A stretch of DNA of 64,000 bases, from the NCBI GenBank assembly GCA_043821645.1, contig JBDRCO010000051.1, positions 64,001-128,000 of the forward strand. Direction: 5' to 3'. Positions 28,577 to 36,682 of the stretch are shown in pieces. The first letter of the stretch is position 1. Each line of letters opens with the position of its first letter. Source of the stretch: Pseudomonadota bacterium (GTDB lineage: Bacteria; Myxococcota; JACRCW01; JAFGSX01). Under the pieces are notes generated by a model. That model saw only the letters and a program-made list of their open reading frames with translations, searched no databases and was not told the DNA's origin. Position numbers and translations under genes: made by a program.

Positions 28577-29947
28577 TCAGGCCCCGTCCCGCCCTGCTAG
28601 CACGATGCCGTAGCGCTGCGCTTCGTCCGGTGTGTCGAGGTCGCACAGCACCCGGGGGTCCGCGACGGCCACACGCTGGACGCGGGCACCCTCGTGCTCG
28701 ACAACCGCGGCCGCGCCAGCGTCCGCCGTGGCATCGCGAAGCGAGGCAAAGAGCCCGCGGCCAAAGACCGCCGGATGCCCTGTCCTGCCGTCGTGCTCGG
28801 GAACGGCCACGTGGCTGGTCGAGGCTTCCTGGATCAAGGTCCTGAGCAGCTCGGCGTCGAAAAACGGGCAGTCCACCGGCGCCACCGCCAGGGCACCGGC
28901 GGCGTCCCCCACCAGGTCGAGCGCAGTCCGGATCGAGCCGATCAGACCCTGCTGCGGCCGCCGGTTCTCGACCGGAACCACGTCGAGATCCGCAACCGCC
29001 GCACGAATGGCTGCGCCGGTGGCGTCGGAAGGGACGGTCACCAGGCAAGGACGTGCGCCAGCCTCGAGAGAGATCCGCGCCAGCCTGTGCACCAGGGTCT
29101 CGCCATCGAGCATCAGCAAGGCCTTGGGTTGCCCCATGCGCCGCGAGTCACCTGCCGCAGCCACCAGCGCAGCGGCAATCCTGTGCTCCGCGGCCTCATG
29201 ACGGACCCGGACCAGCTCCCCGACAATGCTGAGGGCGATCTCCTGCGGGGTCTCGGCGCCGATGGCCAGGCCCACGGGAACCTGCAGGCGTGCCACCTCG
29301 GCCTCCGAGAAGCCAGACTCGAGCAGGTTGCGACGAAGTGTCGCGCCCTTGCGCCGACTCCCCATCACCCCGAGGAAGCGCGCAGAGCGCCGCAGAACCT
29401 GGCGCACGCAGTGCTCATCCTGGGCGTGGCGATAGGTTGTGATCACCACGTAGCTGTGCGGGCCGAAGGGCAAGCTGGCAATGGCGTCGGGCGAGAAACT
29501 GGAGACGAGCTGGCGCGCCATCGGAAAGCGTGCGGCGGTGACGAAATCAGGCCTGTCGTCGATGACGATCACGGCGAAGCCCATGTCGTGCGCGATTCGG
29601 GCCGTGACCTCACCGATGTGACCGGCGCCGAACAGGAGCACAAGCGGTGCTCTCGCCAGTGGCTCCACAAACAGGGCCACGCGGCCGCCACAGCTCATGC
29701 CCAGGTCGGCGCCGAGATCGAGTTCGATCAAGGTGGGCTCGGCCTCGTCCATGCGCGCACGCGCGAGCTCCGTGGCACGCAGTTCCAGCGTCCCACCGCC
29801 CACGGTCCCCTCGCTGCGGCCATCGAGGTGAACCAGCATGCGCGTACCGCACTTGCCCGGGGTCGAACCCTGGCTGTGGACGACGGTCACCAGGACCGCG
29901 GGCTTCCCCTGGCCGGCGACCTCGGCGATGCGTTCCCAGCTCAGCAC
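28577..29947 (-). CDS. XdhC/CoxI Moco chaperone fused to MocA-like molybdenum cofactor cytidylyltransferase
   Basis: GSTPGK.G, GTVGGG, GMSCGG, FGAGH, GVMGS, PVGL.IGAETPQEIALSI; then AAGDSRRMGQPKALL, GHP..F, DLDTP. Confidence 0.9.
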   Translation of the reverse strand: MLSWERIAEVAGQGKPAVLVTVVHSQGSTPGKCGTRMLVHLDGRSEGTVGGGTLELRATELARARMDEAEPTLIELDLGADLGMSCGGRVALFVEPLARAPLVLLFGAGHIGEVTARIAHDMGFAVIVIDDRPDFVTAARFPMARQLVSSFSPDAIASLPFGPHSYVVITTYRHAQDEHCVRQVLRRSARFLGVMGSRRKGATLRRNLLESGFSEAEVARLQVPVGLAIGAETPQEIALSIVGELVRVRHEAAEHRIAAALVAAAGDSRRMGQPKALLMLDGETLVHRLARISLEAGARPCLVTVPSDATGAAIRAAVADLDVVPVENRRPQQGLIGSIRTALDLVGDAAGALAVAPVDCPFFDAELLRTLIQEASTSHVAVPEHDGRTGHPAVFGRGLFASLRDATADAGAAAVVEHEGARVQRVAVADPRVLCDLDTPDEAQRYGIVLAGRDGA

Positions 29948-29952
29948 GACAG

Positions 29953-30930
29953 CTAGCGCTTCTTGGCAGGCTTCTTGGCGGGTGCAGGCTTCTTGGCAGG
30001 TGCAGGCTTCTTGGCAGGTGCAGGCTTCTTGGCAGGTGCAGGCTTCTTGGCAGGTGCAGCCTTCTTGGCAGGCGCAGCCTTCTTGGCAGGCGCAGCCTTC
30101 TTGGCAGGTGCAGCCTTCTTGGCAGGTGCAGCCTTCTTGGCAGGTGCAGCCTTCTTGGCAGGCGCAGCCTTCTTGGCAGGCGCAGCCTTCTTGGCTGGTG
30201 CAGCCTTCTTGGCAGGCGCAGCCGCCTTGGCAGGTGCAGCCTTCTTGGCAGGTGCTGCAACCTTGACGGGCATCGCTTTCTTGGCGGGCAAAGCCCCCTT
30301 GGCGACGGCCTGCGAGGGAGCCCCGGCCGCCATCGGTCGCATGGACGACGGGGTCGCCCCTGCCGGGATGGGTCGGCGAGCACGCGCCTCGCTGGCTGCA
30401 TGGGCCGCGCGCATCGCCTCAGTGGCGATCTGCACAGGTTTGGGCACTGGCCCCAGGTTCACGGCAGACTCGTCGTGGCGACCCTTGTTCTTGCGCTCCT
30501 CGGCGGGATCCAGGAACAGGCTGCACACTGCAGTGCCCTTGACCACGATGTCGTTGGCCTGGTTCTGCACCCAGACGTCGCAATCCATCCTGTGCTGCTT
30601 GTCCTGCTCGTACTTGCGCACCACCACGCCCTTGGCCGTGAGGGTATCGCCTGGCCACAGCAACTTCTGAAAGCGCGTGGCCACCGACAGAATCTGGCCA
30701 TTGTCGAGCCAGTTTTCGAGCATCTCGGTGGCCGCGGCCATGCCGAGCAAGCCCGGGGCCGAGATGCTTCCGAAACCGGCCTGCCGCGCGAAATCCTCGT
30801 CGATGTGCAGCGGCCCTGTCTCGTTGGCGCGGACCGAGAACACCACGATGGACGCTCGGGTGAGCGCGGCCTTGGACTGGGGTGGGATGGGATCCCCGAT
30901 CTCGACGTCGTTCCAGTACAGCTTTGCCAT
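29953..30930 (-). CDS. MaoC-family dehydratase subunit with histone H1-like PAKK-repeat tail
   Basis: MaoC hot-dog pattern (PLHIDEDFARQAGF..APG, RF...PGDTL); tail of 16 AAPAKK/PAPAKK units. Confidence 0.85.
   Translation of the reverse strand: MAKLYWNDVEIGDPIPPQSKAALTRASIVVFSVRANETGPLHIDEDFARQAGFGSISAPGLLGMAAATEMLENWLDNGQILSVATRFQKLLWPGDTLTAKGVVVRKYEQDKQHRMDCDVWVQNQANDIVVKGTAVCSLFLDPAEERKNKGRHDESAVNLGPVPKPVQIATEAMRAAHAASEARARRPIPAGATPSSMRPMAAGAPSQAVAKGALPAKKAMPVKVAAPAKKAAPAKAAAPAKKAAPAKKAAPAKKAAPAKKAAPAKKAAPAKKAAPAKKAAPAKKAAPAKKAAPAKKPAPAKKPAPAKKPAPAKKPAPAKKPAKKR
29971..30258. repeat. 18-bp tandem repeat, 16 units, coding AAPAKK/PAPAKK on the minus strand
   Basis: Unit CTTCTTGGCAGG(T/C)GCAG(C/G), 288 bp, no spacers. 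Confidence 0.95.
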
Positions 30931-30960
30931 GTCCTGTGGGCCCCGTGCAAAAAGGTGAGA

Positions 30961-31410
30961 TCAGCGCCTCGGAAAACCACCGCGGATCGCGAGCACACGC
31001 CGCGCCGTGAACAGGGGCTTGCCCTTGGTGTCAACGCCACGGTCCTCGATGGTGACGAAGCCCGTGGTGGCACTCCCGATGGGGCGTTCCTGCACGTCGG
31101 TGATGATGGAGAACACCTTGATGGCATCCCCCGCCAGCAGGGGGCGCCGCTGCTCGATGGTTTGCTCGCTGTGCAGCACGTTCTTGGCGTGCACCTCCAG
31201 CAAGCTGATCAGAACGTCGTGCTGGCCCAGGCTTGCCGCCATGCTGGAGGGCGCCACCAGCCCGGGATAGCCCGCCTTGCTGGCCGCCGCCTCGTCATGA
31301 TGCACGGGGTTTTTAGCACCGATCGCAAGCGCGAAGTTCCTGATATCACTGCGATCAATCTCGATCGTCCGCGTTTCAGTGGCGGTGCCAATCAATTTTC
31401 TCTGCCTCAT
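30961..31410 (-). CDS. MaoC N-terminal/FAS1-like dehydratase subunit (HadA-like)
   Basis: IRNFALAIGAKNPVHHD..A..AGY..LVAP, LHSEQ...RPLLAGD; RBS GGGGAG. Confidence 0.85.
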   Translation of the reverse strand: MRQRKLIGTATETRTIEIDRSDIRNFALAIGAKNPVHHDEAAASKAGYPGLVAPSSMAASLGQHDVLISLLEVHAKNVLHSEQTIEQRRPLLAGDAIKVFSIITDVQERPIGSATTGFVTIEDRGVDTKGKPLFTARRVLAIRGGFPRR

Positions 31411-31725
31411 GGTTCTCCCCGACTCACCGCAATATCAATTCTGGTCACCGCGCCCACACCGCGCAAAAGGTAAATAATGTTGCCTGGTTGTGACCATTTC
31501 CCGAGGGGGCCTGGCAGCCGCTTTCTCACCCTTGTCCAGTGCGGCGTCCGTGGTAAAAAACCCCAGAGGTGGCGGCAGCATACCACAGCGCCCCGATATG
31601 TCTAGACATTATCCATGCCTTGCAGCCGCCCAGGAACCGGCTCGCGCGAACCCGGCTTTTGTCTGCACCAAGCACGGGCCCCGAGTATGATGTGCCCCCA
31701 CGTGGTCTGCACCCAGGGAGTCTGC

Positions 31726-32280
31726 ATGCGCGTTCGTCACCTTGCTGTCTGTGCGTCCTCTATCCTGCTCCTCGTGGCCTGCCGGCCGCGGGTCGATCCG
31801 GACCCGCCCGCCGCTCCGGCGTCACCCACACCCAGTGAGGCCCCACAGGTGCAGCCGCTTGCCCAGCCCGCGGGTCCGACACCCGAGCTGTTCCTGCCCG
31901 AGAACCGATTCGACGGCGGCAAGGTCAAGCAGGGAGAGCCGATCCGGCACACCTTCATCGTCAAGAACAAGGGCCTGGGTGAGCTGAACATCGAAAAAGT
32001 GCAGGGCTCCTGAGGTTGCACCGCCGCTCTCGTGTCAGAGCGGAACGTGCCCCCCGGCGGTGAGGCCAAGATCGACGTCACCGTGATCACCTCGGGTCGA
32101 CTCGGCCGGATCGGCAAGACGGTGCGCGTGCACTCCAACGATCCCAAGCAGCCCGTGGCCAGCCTGACCATCGAGGGAGAGATCGAGACTCCCGAGGGCG
32201 CACTGCCTCCGGCCAAACCACCGCTGCGCCCCCTGGTCAAGGCCGTGGCACCCTCGACCAGCGTCAAGACCACGCACTGA
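31726..32280 (+). CDS. DUF1573-domain lipoprotein, probable selenoprotein (UGA at 32011-32013 read as Sec; U-G-C motif)
   Basis: RBS GGGAG; lipobox LVAC; FDGGKVKQGEPIRHTFIVKN.G..L.IEKVQGS-TGA-GCTA...VPPGGEAKIDV...KTVRVHSNDP continues in frame across the UGA, where DUF1573 normally has S-C-G-C. Confidence 0.88.
32011..32050 (+). promoter_or_regulatory. Bacterial SECIS-like hairpin directly 3' of in-frame UGA
   Basis: TGA GGTT GCAC CG CCGCTCT [CGTGTC] AGAGCGG AAC GTGC: perfect 7-bp upper stem (32024-32030/32037-32043), 4-bp lower stem, G-containing apical loop. Confidence 0.75.
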
Positions 32281-32310
32281 CGGTTCCGCCTGGACTGCGC
32301 TGGAAGGCAC

Positions 32311-33279
32311 TCAGGCGGGGGCAAGACGCCCGCGGTCCAGTTCGGCATGCGCGGTCTCGCCACGAAGCAACTGGACAGCGTGCGGCAGCGCCTCGCGCAC
32401 AGCGTCGAGATTCTCGATTGCCGCCTTGGGGCTTCCGGGCAGATTCAGGATCAGGCTGTGTCCGCGGATGCCGCACACGCCTCGCTGCAGCATGGCGTGG
32501 GGCGTGATGCGCAGGGAGGCCGCGCGCATCGCCTCGGCCAGGCCCGGAACCTCGCGCTCGAGGACCGCCCGGGTGGCCTCGGGGGTGACATCTCGCGCTG
32601 CGCAGCCAGTGCCGCCGCTGGTGCACACGAGGTCCATGCCACGACCGCTGTAGTCCCTAAGCACAGCCTGGATCGCTGGCGCTTCGTCGGCGACAAGCGC
32701 TGTCCAGGCCACCCGCGCCGAGAGATTCTGTTCCAGCCACCGGGCCACCGCAGGCCCGGCCAGGTCCACGGTCTCGCCTCGATGGCAGCGATCGGACACC
32801 GTGACCACGGCCACCTGCAGCACGCCTGCCGGCACCCGGTGCAGGACCTCGACGCTGTCCCCGGTCTGGATCGGCGCGCCTCGTTGCACCCGGGCAAACA
32901 GACCTCGCCGGGGCATGATGCAGTCGCCAGTGGTCTTGTAGATGGCGCAGCGGTGGTGGCACACCTTGCCAACCTGCGTGATCTCGAGCTCGGCTCCGCC
33001 CACCCGCAGCTGGCTCCCGGGGGCCAGATCGGCCAGGGCGATCCCCGTCACGACGAGATTCTCGCCAAAAGCGCCGGGCTCCAGGGTCAGCCCCTTGGCC
33101 CGCATGGACTCGATGTCCAGCTCGTCGAGCAGGCTGACCTGGCGATGACCGGCTCCGGCATGCGCGTCGCCGAGCAGGCCATGGTCCGCCCGCAGTTCAG
33201 CCTGGCCCACGGCGAGCTTGACCACGCCCTTGGAGGTGGAGGTGCAGATCTGCAGCAGCCGTCCCGTCGCCTCAGCCAT
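32311..33279 (-). CDS. MOSC domain fused to MogA/MoaB molybdopterin adenylyltransferase
   Basis: ATG 33279 after GGAGG; GLLGDAHAG..HRQVSLL, GAFGENL, GKVCHHRC, CIMPRRG; then VTVSDR, SGGTG..RDVTPEAT, NLPGSPKA. Confidence 0.9.
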   Translation of the reverse strand: MAEATGRLLQICTSTSKGVVKLAVGQAELRADHGLLGDAHAGAGHRQVSLLDELDIESMRAKGLTLEPGAFGENLVVTGIALADLAPGSQLRVGGAELEITQVGKVCHHRCAIYKTTGDCIMPRRGLFARVQRGAPIQTGDSVEVLHRVPAGVLQVAVVTVSDRCHRGETVDLAGPAVARWLEQNLSARVAWTALVADEAPAIQAVLRDYSGRGMDLVCTSGGTGCAARDVTPEATRAVLEREVPGLAEAMRAASLRITPHAMLQRGVCGIRGHSLILNLPGSPKAAIENLDAVREALPHAVQLLRGETAHAELDRGRLAPA

Positions 33280-33940
33280 GCGACACCTCCTCGTCACGCA
33301 GGCCCCGCGCCACCAGCTGCCTGGTCACCAGCGCCGAGCGCCTGACGCTGATCTGGGTCCAGCGCGCTCGCAGCCGTTCGCGCCGCGCGGGATCCAGGTC
33401 GCCATCGCCGCCCAGGCAACGGCGCCGCCCCTGGGCCAGCGTGGACAGCGACAGGGCGGCGGCCACCGACACGTTGAAGGATCCCGTGAAGCCGTGCATG
33501 GGAATCACGAAGCGCCCGTCGAGGTGGCGCCGTGCCACCGGACTCAGGCCCCGGCGCTCGCTTCCGAGCACGACCACCAGCGGGCGATCCACAGGTACCT
33601 CGGCGATGGGCACGGCACCGGCGCCCAGGTCCGCACCCCAGGCCTCGAAGCCCCGGGCCTGCAGCGTCCCCAGGCAACGCGCCAGCCTGTCCTCGACATG
33701 CAGGGTGAGCCAGCGCTCGGCGCCGGCAGCAGCCTTGTGCCCGGGACGCTGCCTCGATCCACGCTGGATCAGGTGGACATCCTGGACGCCGACGGCCTCG
33801 GCGCTGCGCAACACGGCCGCGACGTTGTGAGCGTCGCAGAAGTCCTCGAGCACCACGACCAGGGAGCCCAGCCGCGACTGCAATACCTGCTCGATGCGTC
33901 GCCTCCGCTCGTCCGTGAGCAGGGCCGCCAGGGCCTGCAT
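33272..33940 (-). CDS. TrmH/SpoU-family RNA 2'-O-methyltransferase
   Basis: VVLED..DAHNVAAVLRSAEAVG, LGSERRGLS, IPMHGFTGSFNVSVAA; start uncertain (ATG 33940 or upstream GTG). Confidence 0.88.
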   Translation of the reverse strand: MQALAALLTDERRRRIEQVLQSRLGSLVVVLEDFCDAHNVAAVLRSAEAVGVQDVHLIQRGSRQRPGHKAAAGAERWLTLHVEDRLARCLGTLQARGFEAWGADLGAGAVPIAEVPVDRPLVVVLGSERRGLSPVARRHLDGRFVIPMHGFTGSFNVSVAAALSLSTLAQGRRRCLGGDGDLDPARRERLRARWTQISVRRSALVTRQLVARGLRDEEVSHG

Positions 33941-34046
33941 GGTCTCGCCATCGGGCACAGCACGCTGGGTATCCACCACGCACCTCGCACGCTCGCGGCG
34001 CTCAGGCTCATTTGACAGGTGGCGCGGCCTCGCGCAACATCCGCGC

Positions 34047-36578
34047 ATGACGCGTCACACCTGCTTGCTGTTCTCCGTCGCTGTGCTCGGGACCTGGACC
34101 CTGTCCGCAGCACCCGCCGCTGCGCAGGGCCTGGCCGACCCGGTGGCCCTTGGCCTGGCTCCGCCCACCTCCGTCGCCACCGTCGACGAGGCCAGCGCCG
34201 TCCTGGTCAATCCGGCAGGGGTGGGCTTCGTCACCGGACCCGAGCTGATGTTCCTGCACAGCTCCAGCTTCGGCAGTACCCGCAGCGACGTCGATAGCCT
34301 GTACGCGGCGGTCACCCTCCTTGACACCCTGGGCGTCGGTGCCGGCTTCGAGCTGGCCCGACCCGTGGGCAGCACGAGCGCGACGCGGGGCCAGGATTTC
34401 GTGCGCGCCAGCCTGTCCTATGCGCTGCGCCTGGACGACGGATTCAGCGTCGGTGGCAGCTACCATGTCCTGAGCGCCCAGGCCCCGGGCTTGTCCGCGG
34501 TGCAGATGTGGAACCTGGGCTTCCAGGTGCGGCCCTTTCGCTTCCTGTCGGCGGGAGCCGTGGTCGAGAACGTCATCCCGCCCGAGATCGGCAGTGGTCC
34601 CTTGACACCGCGGGCCTACCGCCTCGGCGTGGGGCTGCGCCCGGGCGCAGAGTGGGCAACCCTGGGCCTCGAGGCACGCATCGACGAAGCCTGGCGCGTG
34701 GATCCCGCCCTGCTGCTGAGGATAGAGGCCTTGCCCGGCATCATCGGAAGCGTGCAGCTCGCCACCCGCGACCTGGGACGCGGCTTCGGTGACAGCAGCA
34801 TAGGGCTGGGTCTCGAGATCAACCACGCGCTGTTCGGCGTCGGCACCTCGGTGGCAAGCTCGCCGTCCCTCAACCTGTCCGGGGTCACCGTCTACGCCCG
34901 TGCCTCGGTGGCCGCCTACCCCTCGCTGTTCCCGCGCATGGGCCGGGTGGTCAAGCTGGTCCTCGCCGACGACCTGCGCCCCCTGCCGCCGGAGGATCCC
35001 TGGGAGGCCGCGACCTACGCCGAGGAGATCCCGGGGGAGATCGCCCTGGGTCTGGAGCGTGCCAGCCGGGATGACGCCGTCGAGGCCGTGTGGCTCGAGA
35101 TCCGACCGCTCAGCGCTGGCGCAGCCTCGGTGGAGGCCATGCGACGTCGCCTGCAGGCCCTGCGTGCCGCCGGCAAGAAGGTCTTTGTCTACCTCGAGCG
35201 CATGGGCAATCTCGAACTGTTACTGGCCTCGGCCGCCGATGTCGTGATCATGCCCCCCTCGGGGACGGTGGCGGCAGACGGAGTCGGGACCTCGATGATT
35301 TACCTCGCCGCGACTCTCGAGCGCCTGGGTCTTCGTGCCCATGCAGTGTCCGCAGGAGAGTACAAGAGCGCACCGGAAACCTTCACCCGCACCGAACCGA
35401 GTCCGGCTGCCCTCGAGTCCGAGGGGCGATTGCTGGACGTGGTGAGCGAGGTCCTGGTGAGTTCGGTGGCCCAGGGGCGCGGCCTCGACGAGAGCGCAGT
35501 TCGAGCGCTGCTGGACCTGGGCAGTCTCAGTCCCGCGGAGGCGCGAGACAAGGGCCTCATCGACCGCATCGCTTATGCCGATGAGATGAAGTCCATTCTC
35601 GAAGAAGTGCTGGGGAGCCGCCCCTTGGTCGACGACGACTACCTGCGGCCGCTGGTACACCGCAGGTACTGGGCGCGACGTCCGACCATCGCGGTGGTGC
35701 CCATCGTTGAGTCCATCACCATGGGCCGCAGCTCGCGCGGTTTCCTCGGCATGTCTGGCAACAGCGGCGCCGACGATGTGGTGGCTGCCATCGAGGCCGC
35801 GCTGGACGACGACGACGTCAAGGCGATCGTGCTGCGGGTGAACAGCCCGGGCGGCGACGCCCTGGCCTCGGACCTGATCTGGAGAGCGGTGGAGCACGCC
35901 CGCAGCAAGAAGCCCGTGGTGGCGAGCATGGGTGACGTGGCCGCGAGCGGTGGTTACTACGTGGCCTGTGGCGCGTCGACGATCCTGGCCGAACCCACCA
36001 CCATCACCGGCTCGATCGGTGTGTTCGCGCTGTTCTTCACCGCCGGGGAGCTTCTGACCGACCTGGAGGTGGGCATCCATGAAGAGCGGCGCAGTGCCCT
36101 GGCTGGCTCCCTCTCGCCGATGCGCGAGCCCACGGACGAGGAACTCGCCGCGGTGCAGCGTTCGGTCGACGGCACCTATGCCCTGTTCAAGTCGCGCGTG
36201 GCGGCCGGACGGCAACTGAGCGAAACCCAAGTCGAGGAGGTGGCCCGCGGCCGGGTCTGGACGGGCCGTGATGCCCTGGCCCACAAGCTGGTGGACAAGA
36301 TGGGAGGTCTCTACGAGGCCGTCGCCGAGGCCCGGTCCCTGGCGGGCATCGGCGAAAGCACCGACGTCGAGATCACCGTGTTCGAAAGTGGACAGGACCC
36401 CCTCACGCGCTGGAGCTCGGCGGTGGAAGGGACGCGGGCACTGGTGCGACAGGTCGTGGCGCCACCCCTCGCCGTGGAGCAGCTGGCATCGCAGCTCGGA
36501 CAGGCCGCCCTGCCCCTGGTCCTGGCCGGGGATGGACGACCCCTCGCGCTGATGCCCTACACCCTGCAGCTCCGCTGA
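34047..36578 (+). CDS. sppA: Signal peptide peptidase SppA (S49, tandem domains) with N-terminal beta-barrel-like domain
   Basis: Signal peptide; GEYKSAPE, RVNSPGG, VVASMGDVAASGGYYVA, TITGSIGV, ARGRVWTG; first ~300 aa with NPAG and amphipathic strands. Confidence 0.9.
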   Translation: MTRHTCLLFSVAVLGTWTLSAAPAAAQGLADPVALGLAPPTSVATVDEASAVLVNPAGVGFVTGPELMFLHSSSFGSTRSDVDSLYAAVTLLDTLGVGAGFELARPVGSTSATRGQDFVRASLSYALRLDDGFSVGGSYHVLSAQAPGLSAVQMWNLGFQVRPFRFLSAGAVVENVIPPEIGSGPLTPRAYRLGVGLRPGAEWATLGLEARIDEAWRVDPALLLRIEALPGIIGSVQLATRDLGRGFGDSSIGLGLEINHALFGVGTSVASSPSLNLSGVTVYARASVAAYPSLFPRMGRVVKLVLADDLRPLPPEDPWEAATYAEEIPGEIALGLERASRDDAVEAVWLEIRPLSAGAASVEAMRRRLQALRAAGKKVFVYLERMGNLELLLASAADVVIMPPSGTVAADGVGTSMIYLAATLERLGLRAHAVSAGEYKSAPETFTRTEPSPAALESEGRLLDVVSEVLVSSVAQGRGLDESAVRALLDLGSLSPAEARDKGLIDRIAYADEMKSILEEVLGSRPLVDDDYLRPLVHRRYWARRPTIAVVPIVESITMGRSSRGFLGMSGNSGADDVVAAIEAALDDDDVKAIVLRVNSPGGDALASDLIWRAVEHARSKKPVVASMGDVAASGGYYVACGASTILAEPTTITGSIGVFALFFTAGELLTDLEVGIHEERRSALAGSLSPMREPTDEELAAVQRSVDGTYALFKSRVAAGRQLSETQVEEVARGRVWTGRDALAHKLVDKMGGLYEAVAEARSLAGIGESTDVEITVFESGQDPLTRWSSAVEGTRALVRQVVAPPLAVEQLASQLGQAALPLVLAGDGRPLALMPYTLQLR

Positions 36579-36682
36579 CACGGGTATGACGTCCGCGCCC
36601 CACGTTCTGCACCGGGCGCGTGGCGGTCATCTTGTTCCAACCCTCGCACGCGTGGTACACCTCGAGGGAAGGCAGAATTTCG

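Noticed and set aside
29971-30258. Possible CRISPR array, or QPSW / FLAGAA repeat proteins on the plus strand
   Set aside because: Contiguous 18-bp units with no spacers; variation falls mainly at third codon positions of the minus-strand AAPAKK frame.
31615-32280. Pseudogene or two small genes at the DUF1573 locus
   Set aside because: The stop is UGA at a conserved Cys position with a downstream hairpin and no other lesions; Sec recoding explains it better.
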